The position numbers and the translations under genes were made by a program. The notes under the pieces were generated by a model. It was not told the origin of the DNA. It saw nothing but the letters and a program-made list of their open reading frames with translations, and searched no databases. Positions 38,382 to 49,398 of a DNA stretch of 64,000 nt are shown here, piece by piece. Source of the DNA: Alphaproteobacteria bacterium (lineage in GTDB: Bacteria > Pseudomonadota > Alphaproteobacteria > SMXQ01). The number at the start of each line of letters is the position of its first letter. The first letter of the stretch is position 1. Where the stretch lies: assembly GCA_036500145.1 (NCBI GenBank), contig DASYCO010000055.1, positions 42,515 through 106,514 of the forward strand, written 5' to 3'.

Positions 38382-40382
38382 ATGGCCCCCACGGCGATAA
38401 CCGGCGATCCGAGCCAGACGAATCCGCGGCCGACGATGCCGGGCTTCGTGCCGCCTGGATTCCCGGCCGGCGACGGCGACGCCGGCGCGACGCAGGCGCT
38501 CGCCAAGAAGCTCGTCGGCGACCTGGAGCGCTACCGCCACCTCGTCAGCGGGCGCGGCGGCAAGAGCAACGCGCAGATCCTCGACCTCAACCCGCTGCGC
38601 ACGGCGCTTGGCGCGAGCTGGCCGTCCTACAGCGAGCTGATCCACCGCATCGCCGAGCGCATCCTGCTGCGCCACCTCGGCGGCACCTACGACTACGAGA
38701 AGTTCGCCGACTGCTACGTCATCGACTTCCGCGAGGCGCCGAGCCATGAGGCGCGCGCGCTGGTCGAGCGCATCGCCACCGCCGTCGCCGAATTCCTGTT
38801 CGGCAACGGCAGCACGGCGCCCGAGCCGATGGCCGGGCGCGGCAAGTTCGACGCCTTCGCCCATGGCGGACGCAGCGCCATGGCCGGCATCGGCGACGCC
38901 TTCGGCCGCATGTTCCGCAGCATCGGCACCCTGATGGCGGTCAAGGAGCGCGCCCAGACGGCGGCGGCGCGCACGGCCCTGGCGCCGGTCCGCCCGAAGG
39001 CCAAGGCCCGCCCCGCGCGCGCCGGCGCGCCCTTCGACCCAGCCGACCTGGAAGAGGAGGAGACGCCCGACGATCCCGCATGGGCCACGTCGCGGACCGC
39101 AGCGCAGACGGCAGCGCCGATCGCCCGGCGCGGCGTCTTCAACGCCGACGCGCAGGTCGCCGAATCTCCCCTCGCCCAGCGCGCCGCCATCAAACCACGC
39201 GGCGCCGATCTGGCAGCCGCCGAACTGACGCCGCCGGAGTTGGCCAAGGTTGCAGGCGGCCCGCCGCACCAGCCCGCGCCGGTGCTGCTCGACGGCTCGG
39301 CGCAGAGCGCCGCGCTGCAGGAGCTCGCCAAGCGGGCCGCGAAGAACGAATCGCCGAACCTGCGGCCTGTCGCGCCGGCGGGCCCCAAACCTGCCATGCC
39401 TACGCCTGCCATGCCGACGCACGCTTCGCCGGTGGTGCGGCCGTCGCTGACGCCGACCTCCGCGACGGCAGCTGGGACGCCGCCCGCGACGGACAGCGCG
39501 GCGGCGCTCGCCGCAGGGCCGGCGGCGAAGAAGGCCGCGACTCGCGCGCCGGCCGTCGCCAAGCCGGCGCCGCCGACGGCGACCACCGTCGACAAGCTGA
39601 GCTTCGTCTATCGCCCGATCTGGAGCCTGCGCACCAACATGCTCGCCATCTCTGGCTGCTACGCCGCCGGCACGCTGCCGAACGGCGAACTGGCCATCGG
39701 CGAAGCCGTGCTGCCGCCGGCAGCGACGCTGGAGGTGATCGAGAAGGTCGACCGCGCGGCGCTCACGCATGTCATGGAACATTGCCTGCCGCAGATGGAA
39801 AGCGGCCGCGGCGCGCTGATCGCCGTGCCGGTGCATTACGAGACGCTGCTCGACCGCGAGCGCCGCACCGCCTACCTCAACGTCTGCCGCGGCCTCTCGG
39901 CGACGGCGCGCAAGCGCCTGATCTTCGAATGCCGCAACATCGACGGCGAGCCAAACCATGGCGCGCTGGTCAGCACGCTGATGCAGCTCAAGCCCTTCGC
40001 CACCATGCTGATCGGCATGCTGCCCTTGCAGACGAGCAACTTCGCGCTGTGGAAGCGCGCCGGCCTGGGCAGCGTCGCCATCGACGCCTCCGCCAGCCCC
40101 GGCAGCGAAAGCGAGGTCATCGACGGGATGCACCGCTTCGCGCTGAATGCGTCGCAGAGCGGCCTGCGCGCGACGGCCTGCAACCTCGGAACCCTGAGCC
40201 TGGCGGCGGCGGCCGTGTCTGCCGGATTCGACTTCATCGAGGGCGGCGTCATCCAGAACCAGCTGCGCCCGAGCGACGTGCGCCCCTTCACGCTCGAAGA
40301 CCTCTACCTGCAATATGCCGTGGCGCGCCGCGCCAAGGTGGGGCCGGCACGGCTGCTCGATGCGGCGGACGAAGCCCCTTAG
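38382..40382 (+). CDS. hypothetical protein with Ala/Pro-rich low-complexity centre and C-terminal degenerate EAL-like domain
   Basis: The C-terminal 250 aa aligns by eye to EAL-domain blocks (FVYRPIWSLRTNMLAISGCYAA resembling YQPIVDLRTG.I.G.EALLR, and so on), but the catalytic E, EITE and DDFGTG positions are substituted. The overlapping antisense ORF 38241..40541 is rejected. Confidence 0.45.
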   Translation: MAPTAITGDPSQTNPRPTMPGFVPPGFPAGDGDAGATQALAKKLVGDLERYRHLVSGRGGKSNAQILDLNPLRTALGASWPSYSELIHRIAERILLRHLGGTYDYEKFADCYVIDFREAPSHEARALVERIATAVAEFLFGNGSTAPEPMAGRGKFDAFAHGGRSAMAGIGDAFGRMFRSIGTLMAVKERAQTAAARTALAPVRPKAKARPARAGAPFDPADLEEEETPDDPAWATSRTAAQTAAPIARRGVFNADAQVAESPLAQRAAIKPRGADLAAAELTPPELAKVAGGPPHQPAPVLLDGSAQSAALQELAKRAAKNESPNLRPVAPAGPKPAMPTPAMPTHASPVVRPSLTPTSATAAGTPPATDSAAALAAGPAAKKAATRAPAVAKPAPPTATTVDKLSFVYRPIWSLRTNMLAISGCYAAGTLPNGELAIGEAVLPPAATLEVIEKVDRAALTHVMEHCLPQMESGRGALIAVPVHYETLLDRERRTAYLNVCRGLSATARKRLIFECRNIDGEPNHGALVSTLMQLKPFATMLIGMLPLQTSNFALWKRAGLGSVAIDASASPGSESEVIDGMHRFALNASQSGLRATACNLGTLSLAAAAVSAGFDFIEGGVIQNQLRPSDVRPFTLEDLYLQYAVARRAKVGPARLLDAADEAP

Positions 40383-40626
40383 CCGGAAGCGCGCCCTTTT
40401 CACCGATTCGTGATAAGCATGTCGAGCCCCCGCCTTGCGCGGCCGGGGGCCCATGGGCAGACTTCCATGGAGCCGGCAAGAACCAGAACATCCGCCCAAG
40501 CGACCGCCGCGCCTTCGCCGCGTTTCCGAAACGGCCCGCATGTCCGCAGTCCCTGCGCGTCCCGATGCACCGTTCCCGCGTCACGCCGGCACCCGTTCAC
40601 ACTTACATTTTTGATGGAGGAGAACC

Positions 40627-41437
40627 GATGACCCGCTTCGCCCGCCACCATGCCCCTCGCAAGGCGCTCGTCCTGCTCGCCGTCTGCGCGGCTTTCGCCC
40701 CCGCTTTCGCCATCCCGACGCCCGCCGTCGCGCAGGAGCTTCGCCTCGACGTGCCCTACGTGCCGACGGCGCAGACCACCGTCGACGAGATGCTGAAGCT
40801 GGCCGGCGTGAAGGCCGGCGACCACCTGATCGACCTCGGCTGCGGCGACGGGCGCATCGTGGTGAGCGCCGCCAAGCTCGGCGCCACCGCCATGGGCGTC
40901 GACATCAACCCGACGCGCATCAAGGAAAGCAACGAGAACGCCAAGGCCGCCGGCGTCACCGACAAGGTGAAGTTCTTCGAGCAGAACCTGTTCGACACCA
41001 AGATCGCCGACGCCACGGTGATGAGCATGTACCTGCTGCCGAGCGTGAACCTGCAGCTGCGCCCGCGCATCCTGTCCGAGCTGAAGCCGGGCACGCGCAT
41101 CGTCAGCCACGACTTCGACATGGGCGACTGGAAGCCGGACCAGTTCAAGGACCTCGGCACCGACCAGGTCTTCTTCTGGCTCGTGCCGGCCCAGGTCGCC
41201 GGCGCCTGGACGGCGAAGGTCGGCAACGACAGCTACAGGCTCGACCTGACGCAGAAGTTCCAGGACGTCGCCGGCAGCGCCAGCATGGGCGGCAAGACGC
41301 TGCAGATCGAGAACGCCAAGCTGAGCGGCGAGAACATCAGCCTCGACATCGTCGACGGCGCCAGCCGCAAGACCCTGACCGGCAAGGTCGCCGGCAACGG
41401 CATCGCGGGCAGCGGCTGGTCGGCGACGAAAAGCTGA
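40627..41437 (+). CDS. class I SAM-dependent methyltransferase with signal peptide
   Basis: Signal peptide MTRFARHHAPRKALVLLAVCAAFAPAFA, then motif I LIDLGCGDGRIV. Only this C-terminal part of track ORF 39080..41437 is real. Confidence 0.65.
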
Positions 41438-41458
41438 GCGCAGGAAAGGAAGCGTCAC

Positions 41459-41550
41459 CCTCGGGCTCGACCCGAGGATCCATGCTTCAAGCGCCGCAGC
41501 ACGGCAGGATGGATGCTCGGGTCAAGCCCGAGCATGACGAGGAAGAAGAC
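41459..41550. repeat. twin-hairpin REP-like repeat element, copy A
   Basis: CCTCGGGCTCGACCCGAGG, a 37-nt spacer ATCCATGCTTCAAGCGCC...GATGGAT, GCTCGGGTCAAGCCCGAGC, then ATGACGA. A second copy with the same architecture lies at 57073..57153. Confidence 0.5.
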
Positions 41551-41555
41551 CGAAC

Positions 41556-41589
41556 GGCTGAAGCCTTGCTTCAGCCGTTTTTCTTCTTC
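41556..41589 (+). terminator. rho-independent terminator of the methyltransferase gene, overlapping the 3' end of convergent eutA
   Basis: GGCTGAAGCCTTGCTTCAGCC followed by GTTTTTCTTCTTC. Confidence 0.5.
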
Positions 41590-43133
41590 TGCTCGGCGGG
41601 AAAGACCAGCGACTTGATGACGACCGGCACGGCGCCCGACGAGGGGATCAGCGCGCCGATGTCGATGTAGTCGAACTCCTCCAGCGTGATGCCGTCGATC
41701 GACACCACCGGGGCGGCGAGCTTCATCTCGTCCTTGAGATGCAGGCCGAGAAGGCCGCCGATGTCGCCGTCGTTGACCATGACGATGGGATGGCCCCCCT
41801 GCCCATCTTTAGGTTCCGTGATGGCGGTCAGCGCCTGGGCGACGCCTTTGCAGAAGCCGTCGAGCCGGGCGAAGCTTGCCGAGCCCTTCCAGCGGAAGGC
41901 GACGGCGACCGGCGTCTCCGATTCTTCCAGGCCGAGGCGCACCAAGGCCTTGCGCACGCCGGCGGCGACCGCGTCGGGCGCCAGCACGTCGGCCGACAGG
42001 TCGAAGTCGGGCACGATCACCGGCAGGTTGCGCAGCGGCACCACATGGCCGGGCGCGATGAAGATGGTGCTGCCGCTGACCTGGATCGTGTATTGCGACG
42101 CGCCGATCACGGTGGCGCGGATGCCGTTGCTCGGCACCTCGACGGGGATGCCGAGCGTCTCGACGCGTTCGCGGATCGCCTTGGCGACGCGCGGCCCGAG
42201 GTCGCCGAAATTGCGCGGCTCGCGCGCATAGATGAATTCCGACACGCCGCCCGAAAAAGTGACGATGTCGATCTTGCCCTGGTAGGTCAGCTCGGGCAGG
42301 CGCAGCAAGTGCGTCTTGTCGGCGGGGAATTTCTTGAGCTGGACCAGCTCGAACAGCTGGTCCGCCATGCGCCCGACGATGCCGTCCAGCTCCGCCTCGG
42401 TCATCAGGCGGCCGAGGGCGAGCTCGATGCCGCCGAGCTTGGCGTAGTAGCGGCCCGCCTCCTCGATGCGCGTGACGCGGCCTTCGCCGTCCATGGCGAT
42501 GAGGCGCGCGCCGACGTCGACCGCCGTCACGTCCTTCACCTTGCCGTCCTCGCAGATCGCGACCTTGCTGGTGCCGCCGCCGATGTCGATGTTCATGGCG
42601 GTGCCGCGCCCTTCGGCGGAGCGCGCCGCGGCGCCCGAGCCATGGGCGGCCATGGTGGTCTCCAGCGCGTCGCCGGCGCTGACGGCGACGAAGCGGCCCG
42701 CCTCGCGCGCGAAGAGGTCGGCGATGGCGCGCGCGTTCTGGCGGCGCACGGCGACGCCGGTGAGGATCAGGGCGCCGGTGTCGACGTCCTCGCGGGTCAG
42801 GCCCGCCTTGTCGTACTGCGCGTCGATGAAGCGGCCGAGCGCGTCGGAATCGATGGTCGTCTCGTCGACGTAGGGCGTCAGCAGGATTTCCGATTCGGCC
42901 AGCACCTCGCGCTTGGTGATGACGTAGCGGCTGCCCTGGTGCTCCAGCTCGAGGCGGGAAAAGACGAGATGCGAGGTGGAGGAACCGATGTCGACGCCGA
43001 CGCTGGTCAGCGTCAGGATTTCTTCCTCCGAAATGTGGCGGCGCGCGGCGGTGAAGCCGGTGGCGACGGTTTCGTCATTGCCCGTCATGCCGCCGCCGAA
43101 GCCCTCGAGCACGCTGCGTCCGTTTCCGCTCAT
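41571..43133 (-). CDS. eutA: EutA-family protein (ethanolamine ammonia-lyase reactivase-like, ASKHA fold)
   Basis: Length and ASKHA-type motifs (VGVDIGSSTSH, NIDIGGGTSK) resemble EutA. No eutBC in the window. A later start (MTGNDETV) is possible. Confidence 0.6.
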   Translation of the reverse strand: MSGNGRSVLEGFGGGMTGNDETVATGFTAARRHISEEEILTLTSVGVDIGSSTSHLVFSRLELEHQGSRYVITKREVLAESEILLTPYVDETTIDSDALGRFIDAQYDKAGLTREDVDTGALILTGVAVRRQNARAIADLFAREAGRFVAVSAGDALETTMAAHGSGAAARSAEGRGTAMNIDIGGGTSKVAICEDGKVKDVTAVDVGARLIAMDGEGRVTRIEEAGRYYAKLGGIELALGRLMTEAELDGIVGRMADQLFELVQLKKFPADKTHLLRLPELTYQGKIDIVTFSGGVSEFIYAREPRNFGDLGPRVAKAIRERVETLGIPVEVPSNGIRATVIGASQYTIQVSGSTIFIAPGHVVPLRNLPVIVPDFDLSADVLAPDAVAAGVRKALVRLGLEESETPVAVAFRWKGSASFARLDGFCKGVAQALTAITEPKDGQGGHPIVMVNDGDIGGLLGLHLKDEMKLAAPVVSIDGITLEEFDYIDIGALIPSSGAVPVVIKSLVFPAEQKKKNG

Positions 43134-43226
43134 AAATATGGCCTTCCCTGACCTTGATTTCGGTTCTGGATTTTCTGCGGGAAGGGTAGCGGAAAAGCGC
43201 GTGCGAAGGAAAGCGCTCAGGCGCCG

Positions 43227-43937
43227 TCAGATCTCGGACACGAGGCGGTAGCCGACGCCGGGCTCGGTCAGGATCAGGGCCGGATGCGTGGCGTCGTCGC
43301 CGAGCTTCTGGCGCAGCTGGCCGACGTAGACGCGCAGGTACTGCGTGTCCTCCACATGGGCCGGGCCCCAGACGGTCTCGAGCAGGTGGCGTTGCGTCAC
43401 CACCTTGCCGGCATGCTGCACCAGCATGCGCAGGAGATCGTATTCCTTGGGCGACAGCTTCACGGCGACGCCCGCCAGCGTCACCTCCCGGCGCGCGAGA
43501 TCGACCGTGAGCTCGCCGCTGCGGAACACCGGCGTCTCTCCCGCCAGGCGCAGGCGATGGCGCAGGGCGGCGCGCAGGCGCGCCAGCAGCTCGCCCATGG
43601 CGAAGGGCTTCTCGACGTAGTCGTCGGCGCCGGCATCCAGGGCCGCGATCTTGTCGGTCTCGCGGTTGCGCACGCTGAGCACGACGATGGGAGTCTCGGT
43701 CCATTCGCGCAAGCTGCGGATCAGCGCGACGCCGTCCGCGTCGGGCAGGCCGAGGTCGAGCAGGATGATCTGCGGCGCGCTGTCGCCGGCGCGCGCCAAG
43801 GCCTCGGCGCCCGAGGCGGCCTCGATCATCTCGTAGCCTTGCGCGGCGAGGCTCGGGCGCAGGAAGCGGCGGATCTGCGGCTCGTCGTCCACCACCAGCA
43901 CGCGGATTGGACCCTTGTCCGGCGAGGGAACGCTCAC
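43227..43937 (-). CDS. kdpE: two-component response regulator KdpE (OmpR family)
   Basis: Receiver domain VLVVDDEP...LLDLGLPD...VLSVR and a winged-helix C-terminus. Overlaps the kdpD stop. Confidence 0.85.
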   Translation of the reverse strand: MSVPSPDKGPIRVLVVDDEPQIRRFLRPSLAAQGYEMIEAASGAEALARAGDSAPQIILLDLGLPDADGVALIRSLREWTETPIVVLSVRNRETDKIAALDAGADDYVEKPFAMGELLARLRAALRHRLRLAGETPVFRSGELTVDLARREVTLAGVAVKLSPKEYDLLRMLVQHAGKVVTQRHLLETVWGPAHVEDTQYLRVYVGQLRQKLGDDATHPALILTEPGVGYRLVSEI

Positions 43938-46681
43938 GCGCCGCGCTCCTGATGCGCCGGCTCTTTATGGGCTTTGGGCGCCGCTTCGAGCGGCAGGACG
44001 GTCTCGATGGTGGTGCCGCCGCCCGCCAGGCCCGGGCTGAGGGCGCGGATGCTGCCGCCATGGGCCTCGACGATGCCGCGGCAGACCGCGAGGCCGAGCC
44101 CCGTGCCGGCGATCTGGCGGTCGCCCGCCTCGATGCGGTGGAACTTGTCGAACACGCGCTGCAGGTCGGCCGTGGGAATGCCACGGCCCTGGTCGGTGAC
44201 TTCGATCACGAGGCTCTCGCCGGCCTTCCGCGCGGCAAGCACGACCTCGGAGCCGTCCGCCGAATATTTCGCCGCGTTGTCGATGAGGTTGAACAGGACC
44301 TGCTCCATCAGCACGAAGTCGACGCGCAGCAGCGGCAGATCCGCCGCCGCGTCGATCGTCAGGCGTCGATGGCCAAGCGTGCGCTTGGCGCGCGCGGCGG
44401 CGCTCGCCAGCAGATCGTTGACCGCGACCCAGTCGCGCTTGGGCGCCAGCATACCGGCTTCCAGGCGCGTCATGTCGAGGAGATTGCCGACGAAGCGGTT
44501 GAGGCGCAGCGCCTCGTCCTCGACCGTCTCGATCAGGTCAGCGCGGGCCGGCGCGTCGTAGATGTCTCCGTGCAGCTTCAGGCTGGAGATGGCGCCGATG
44601 ATCGCCGCCAGCGGCGTGCGCAGGTCATGGCTGATGGACGACAGCAGCGCATGGCGCAGCTTCTCGGTCGCCGCCAGCACGCGCGCCTCGGCAATCTCGC
44701 CTTCGAGCTGGTCGCGCTCCAGGGCCACGGCGGTCTGGTCGATCAAGGCGGCGACGACGCGCGCGGTGGAGGGATCGAGCGCGGCCGGGCCTTCCGCGCC
44801 GCGCATGCCGACGACGCCGACCAGGCCGCGCGAGGTCTTCATCGGCTCGAAGCGCCAGACGCGCGTCGGCAAGGTCGCCGAACCATGGCCGCTGGGTTCG
44901 CCGTTGGCGAAGGTCCAGCGCGCCGCCGTCCAGTCGGCGGGATCGAGGTCGTCCTCCGGCGGATAGGCGCCGGCGATGCGCAGATTCCCGATGCGCAGTC
45001 CGCCCCGGTCCTTCTCATTGTCCCTTTCGGGCAGCAGCAGGACGGCCTGGCCCTGCACCGTCGCGGCGACCTGGTAGCAGCAGGCCCACAGCAGGCCGTC
45101 GAGTCCGACGGTGGTCGCCAGCTTGCGGCTGAAATCGTAGAGCGCGCCCTGGATCTTCATGCGGCGGCGCGCGTCCTCCGCCTGGTCGCGCGCCCGCGCG
45201 GCGATGCCCGACACCAGGATCGCGGCGAGCAGGAACAGGCCGAGCGAGACGATCTCGTGCGGCTCGGCCACCGTGAAGGTGTAGAGCGGGTCGACGAAGA
45301 AGAAGTTGTAGGCGCCGAACGACAGCAGCGAGGCGAAGATCGACGGCAGCAGGCCATGGCGCACGGCGGCGAGCACGACGGCGGTGAGGAAGTAGGGCGC
45401 CGGCGACGGCAGCGAGATCAGCCGCTCGGTGCCGTGGCCGAGCAGCACCGCGCCGCCGACGTAGACCGTCGTCCAGGCGTAGGCGGCCCAGCTCAAGGCC
45501 GGCCAGGAGAAGTCGTTGAGCTTCCGGCGCGGCGCGGCGCCGAGCGGCACGATATGCACGGCGATGTCGCCGCTGCGCAGCAGCAGCGCCTCGACCAGGG
45601 AGCGGCCGACGACGCGGCGCAGCCAGCTGGTCGGCCGCCGGCCGATGACGATCTGCGTCATGTGGCGGTCCTGGGCGTAGCGCAGCAGGTCTTCGACGAG
45701 GTCGCGCGCCGGCAGCGTCACCGCCTCGCCGTCGAGCTGCTCGGCCAGGCGCAGGGCTTCGGCGATGCGGTCGCGCGCCGTCTGGCTCAGGCGGAAGTGG
45801 CCCGGCATCTCGACGTAGACCGCCGTCCAGGGCGCATGGAGCTGGTCGGCGAGGCGGCGCGTCGCGCGCACCACGGCGACGGCGTCGGCGTCCGGCCCGA
45901 CGCAGGCGAGCAGCCGCTCGCCCGCCGCCCAGGGGCTGACGATGGCATGCTGGCGCATGTAGTCGAGCATCTGCTCGTCGACGCGTTCGGCGACGCGGCG
46001 CAAGGCCAGCTCGCGCAGGGCCGTGATGTTGCCGGGCTGGAAGAAATGCGCCACGGCGCGCTGCGCCTGGCCCTCGACGTAGACCTTGCCCTCGCGCAGG
46101 CGCTTGGTCAGGTCCTGCGGCGTGATGTCGACCAGCTCGATCTCGTCGGCGCGTTCGAGGATGTCGTCGGGCAGGGTCTCGCGCACGCGCACGCGCGTGA
46201 TCTTGGCGACGACGTCGTTGAGGCTTTCGAGATGCTGGACGTTGAGCGTGGTGTAGACGTCGATGCCGGCGCCGAGCAGCTCCTCGACGTCCTGGTAGCG
46301 CTTGGGATGGCGCGCGCCGGACAGGTTGCTGTGCGCCAGCTCGTCGACCAGGACGAGCGCCGGCCGGCGCGCCAGGGCGGCGTCGAGGTCGAATTCCTCC
46401 AGCCAATGCCCGCGGTAGAGCAGCCTGTCGCGCGGCAGCACTTCGAGGCCGACCACCAGCGCCTCGGTCTCGGCGCGGCCGTGGGTCTCGATGACGCCGA
46501 CGAGGACGTCGACGCCTTCGCGCTTCAGGCGGTGGGCGGCCTCCAGCATGGCGTAGGTCTTGCCCACGCCGGGCGCCGCGCCGAGGAATATCTTGAGGCG
46601 ACCGCGCCCCTCGCGCGCCGCTTCGGCGAGCAGCGCCTCCGGCGAGGGGCGGGAATCGGACCTGTCAGCGGCGTTGCTCAT
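43934..46681 (-). CDS. kdpD: sensor histidine kinase KdpD (KdpD N-terminal domain, Usp, TM, HK)
   Basis: [17 protein letters not shown] (KdpD N-terminal P-loop), four TM helices, H-box SHDLRTPL, and an ATPase domain. Confidence 0.9.
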   Translation of the reverse strand: MSNAADRSDSRPSPEALLAEAAREGRGRLKIFLGAAPGVGKTYAMLEAAHRLKREGVDVLVGVIETHGRAETEALVVGLEVLPRDRLLYRGHWLEEFDLDAALARRPALVLVDELAHSNLSGARHPKRYQDVEELLGAGIDVYTTLNVQHLESLNDVVAKITRVRVRETLPDDILERADEIELVDITPQDLTKRLREGKVYVEGQAQRAVAHFFQPGNITALRELALRRVAERVDEQMLDYMRQHAIVSPWAAGERLLACVGPDADAVAVVRATRRLADQLHAPWTAVYVEMPGHFRLSQTARDRIAEALRLAEQLDGEAVTLPARDLVEDLLRYAQDRHMTQIVIGRRPTSWLRRVVGRSLVEALLLRSGDIAVHIVPLGAAPRRKLNDFSWPALSWAAYAWTTVYVGGAVLLGHGTERLISLPSPAPYFLTAVVLAAVRHGLLPSIFASLLSFGAYNFFFVDPLYTFTVAEPHEIVSLGLFLLAAILVSGIAARARDQAEDARRRMKIQGALYDFSRKLATTVGLDGLLWACCYQVAATVQGQAVLLLPERDNEKDRGGLRIGNLRIAGAYPPEDDLDPADWTAARWTFANGEPSGHGSATLPTRVWRFEPMKTSRGLVGVVGMRGAEGPAALDPSTARVVAALIDQTAVALERDQLEGEIAEARVLAATEKLRHALLSSISHDLRTPLAAIIGAISSLKLHGDIYDAPARADLIETVEDEALRLNRFVGNLLDMTRLEAGMLAPKRDWVAVNDLLASAAARAKRTLGHRRLTIDAAADLPLLRVDFVLMEQVLFNLIDNAAKYSADGSEVVLAARKAGESLVIEVTDQGRGIPTADLQRVFDKFHRIEAGDRQIAGTGLGLAVCRGIVEAHGGSIRALSPGLAGGGTTIETVLPLEAAPKAHKEPAHQERGA

Positions 46682-47300
46682 TCTGTCCTTGCGGCCCAGC
46701 TCCCTGCAGGGCGTCCAAGGCCAAGTTTAGCATAAGGACGTTGACGCGCGGCTCGCCGATCAAGCCGAATAGGCGGCCTTCGACATGGTCCGCGACAAGC
46801 CGGCGCACCTGCTCCTCGGGCATGTTGCGGGCCTGGGCGACGCGCGCCGCCTGGAACAAGGCCGCCGTCGGCGTGATGTGCGGGTCAAGGCCGCTGCCGG
46901 ACGCGGTCACCAGGTCCTGCGGCACCGGCGCGCCGGGATTTTCCCCCTTCAGGCGCTCGCTGTCGGCCTGGACGCGGTCGACCAGGGCCTGGGATGTCGG
47001 GCCGAGGTTGGAGCCCGCCGAGTTGCTGGCGTTGTAGGGCGCCGGCACGCTCTTCGCCGGATCGTCCGGGTCCGCGGCCGTGGTGGCGGAGGGGCGGCCG
47101 CTGAAGTAGCGGGCGTCGGCGAAGCCCTGCCCGATCAGGGCCGAGCCGACGACCTTGCCGTCGCGCTCGACCAGGCTGCCGTTCGCCTGGTCGGGGAAGA
47201 TCAGCTGCGCGAGGCCGGTCATGCCAAGCGGGTAGATCAGCCCGGTGATGACGGTCAAGGCGACGACCATGAGGATGGCAGGACGCAGTTCTTTCAACAT
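46665..47300 (-). CDS. kdpC: potassium-transporting ATPase subunit C
   Basis: N-terminal TM then [10 protein letters not shown], characteristic of KdpC. Confidence 0.85.
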   Translation of the reverse strand: MLKELRPAILMVVALTVITGLIYPLGMTGLAQLIFPDQANGSLVERDGKVVGSALIGQGFADARYFSGRPSATTAADPDDPAKSVPAPYNASNSAGSNLGPTSQALVDRVQADSERLKGENPGAPVPQDLVTASGSGLDPHITPTAALFQAARVAQARNMPEEQVRRLVADHVEGRLFGLIGEPRVNVLMLNLALDALQGAGPQGQNEQRR

Positions 47301-47310
47301 GACAGGACCC

Positions 47311-49380
47311 TCAGACGAGACCGATGGCGGAAACGACGACGTCGATGACCTTGATGCCGACGAAGGGCACGACGAGGCCGCCGAGGCCGTAGACCAGCAG
47401 GTTGCGGCGCAAGATGGTGGCGGCGCCGACCGGACGGTACTTCACGCCGCGCAAGGCGAGCGGAATGAGCGCCACGATGATCAGCGCGTTGAAGATGATC
47501 GCCGACAGGATGGCGCTCTCCGGCGTCGCCAGGTTCATGACATTCATGGCCTGCAGCTGCGGATAGAAAGCGACGAACATCGCCGGGATGATGGCGAAGT
47601 ACTTGGCGACGTCGTTGGCGATGGAGAAGGTCGTCAGCGCGCCGCGCGTCATCAGCAGCTGCTTGCCGATCTCGACGATCTCGATGAGCTTCGTCGGATC
47701 GCTGTCGAGGTCGACCATGTTGCCGGCCTCGCGCGCCGCCTGGGTGCCGGCGTTCATCGCCACGCCGACGTCGGCCTGCGCCAGGGCCGGCGCGTCGTTG
47801 GTGCCGTCGCCGCACATGGCGACCAGCTTGCCCTTGGCCTGCTCGTCGCGGATCAGCTTGAGCTTGGCCTCGGGCGTGGCCTGCGCCAGGAAGTCGTCGA
47901 CGCCGGATTCGGCGGCGATGGCCGCGGCCGTAAGCGGATTGTCGCCGGTGATCAGGACGGTGCGGATGCCCATCTGGCGCAAGGCGGCGAAGCGCTCCTT
48001 GATGCCGCCCTTGACCACGTCCTTGAGGTAGATGACGCCGAGCAGGCGGCCGTCCTTGATGACGGCGAGCGGCGTGCCGCCGGCCTTGCCGATGCGTTCG
48101 GCGATCACGTTGATCTCGCGCACCGCCGGCTCGGGCAGCGCCGCGCGGCCCTGGCCGTGGGCGATCACCGCGTCGACGGCGCCCTTGCGGATCGACGAGC
48201 TCCCGAGGTCGACGCCGCTCAGGCGCGTCTGCGCCGTGAAGGGCACGAAGGTCGCCTTAAGCGCCGTCAGGTCGCGGCCGGCGATGCCGTACTTCTCCTT
48301 GGCCAGCGCGACGATGGAGCGGCCTTCCGGCGTCTCGTCCGGCAGGGAGGCGAGCTGCGCCGCCTCGGCCAGCTCGCGCTCGCCGACGCCCTGCACGGGG
48401 ATGAACTCCGTCGCCTGGCGGTTGCCGAGCGTGATGGTGCCCGTCTTGTCGAGCAGCAGGGTGTCCACGTCGCCGGCGGCTTCCACCGCGCGGCCGGACA
48501 TGGCCAGCACGTTGAAGCGCACCAGGCGGTCCATGCCGGCGATGCCGATGGCGGACAGCAGCGCGCCGATGGTCGTCGGGATCAGCGTGACGAACAGCGC
48601 CACGAGCACGAGAACGCTCATGTTGCCGCCGGCATAGGACGCGAAGCTCGGGATCGTCGCCACGGCGAAGACGAAAATCAGCGTCATGCCGGCAAGCAGG
48701 ATGTTGAGCGCGATCTCGTTCGGCGTCTTCTGGCGCTGCGCGCCTTCGACCAGCGCGATCATGCGGTCGAGGAAGGTCGAGCCCGGGGCGGCGGTGATGC
48801 GCACCTTGATCCAGTCCGAGATCACCTGCGTGCCGCCGGTGACCGCCGAACGGTCGCCGCCGCTCTCGCGGATGACGGGCGCCGATTCGCCGGTGATCGC
48901 CGCCTCGTTGACCGAGGCGACGCCCTCGACGACTTCGCCGTCGCTCGGCACCAGGTCGCCGGCCTCGACGTAGACGACGTCGCCGGGCTTCAGCGCCGCC
49001 GCCTGCACCTTCTTGACGCCGGCGGCCGTCATCAGCTTGGCCACGGTGTCGGTGCGGGTCTTGCGCAGGTTCGCCGCCTGCGCCTTGCCGCGCCCTTCGG
49101 CCACCGCCTCGGCGAAGTTGGCGAACAGCACGGTGAACCACAGCCAGAGATTGATCTGGATGGAGAAGCCGAGGCCGCCCGCCCCAACTTGCTGTTCAGG
49201 GGCCACCAGGTCGCGGACCAGCAAGACCGTGGTCAGGATGGCGACGACCTCGACCACGAACATGACCGGGTTGCGCACCATGACGCGCGGGTTGAGCTTC
49301 TTGAACGCCTCCCCGATGGCAGGCACCAGAATCTTGGCGTCGGCCATGGCCGCGGAGGACCGGGGATTGGACGGTTTCAT
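47311..49380 (-). CDS. kdpB: potassium-transporting P-type ATPase subunit B
   Basis: DKTGTIT phosphorylation motif, [18 protein letters not shown]. Confidence 0.9.
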   Translation of the reverse strand: MKPSNPRSSAAMADAKILVPAIGEAFKKLNPRVMVRNPVMFVVEVVAILTTVLLVRDLVAPEQQVGAGGLGFSIQINLWLWFTVLFANFAEAVAEGRGKAQAANLRKTRTDTVAKLMTAAGVKKVQAAALKPGDVVYVEAGDLVPSDGEVVEGVASVNEAAITGESAPVIRESGGDRSAVTGGTQVISDWIKVRITAAPGSTFLDRMIALVEGAQRQKTPNEIALNILLAGMTLIFVFAVATIPSFASYAGGNMSVLVLVALFVTLIPTTIGALLSAIGIAGMDRLVRFNVLAMSGRAVEAAGDVDTLLLDKTGTITLGNRQATEFIPVQGVGERELAEAAQLASLPDETPEGRSIVALAKEKYGIAGRDLTALKATFVPFTAQTRLSGVDLGSSSIRKGAVDAVIAHGQGRAALPEPAVREINVIAERIGKAGGTPLAVIKDGRLLGVIYLKDVVKGGIKERFAALRQMGIRTVLITGDNPLTAAAIAAESGVDDFLAQATPEAKLKLIRDEQAKGKLVAMCGDGTNDAPALAQADVGVAMNAGTQAAREAGNMVDLDSDPTKLIEIVEIGKQLLMTRGALTTFSIANDVAKYFAIIPAMFVAFYPQLQAMNVMNLATPESAILSAIIFNALIIVALIPLALRGVKYRPVGAATILRRNLLVYGLGGLVVPFVGIKVIDVVVSAIGLV

Positions 49381-49398
49381 AGGACGTGCCTCTTGCGA

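Noticed and set aside
38241-40541. 766-aa minus-strand ORF antisense to the EAL-like gene, and the N-terminal 500 aa of plus ORF 39080..41437
   Set aside because: No motifs and extreme Arg/Gly bias. The plus-strand 38382..40382 frame shows domain-like block structure. Only the C-terminal methyltransferase part (40627..41437) of the 39080 ORF has a signal peptide and a SAM motif.
43907-46735. 942-aa plus ORF antisense to kdpD, plus 43075..44184, 45015..46406, 47245..49548, 48257..49141 and 50039..50938 antisense or alternative-frame ORFs over the kdp genes
   Set aside because: kdpA, kdpB, kdpC, kdpD and kdpE are all unambiguous on the minus strand. These are GC-driven open frames.
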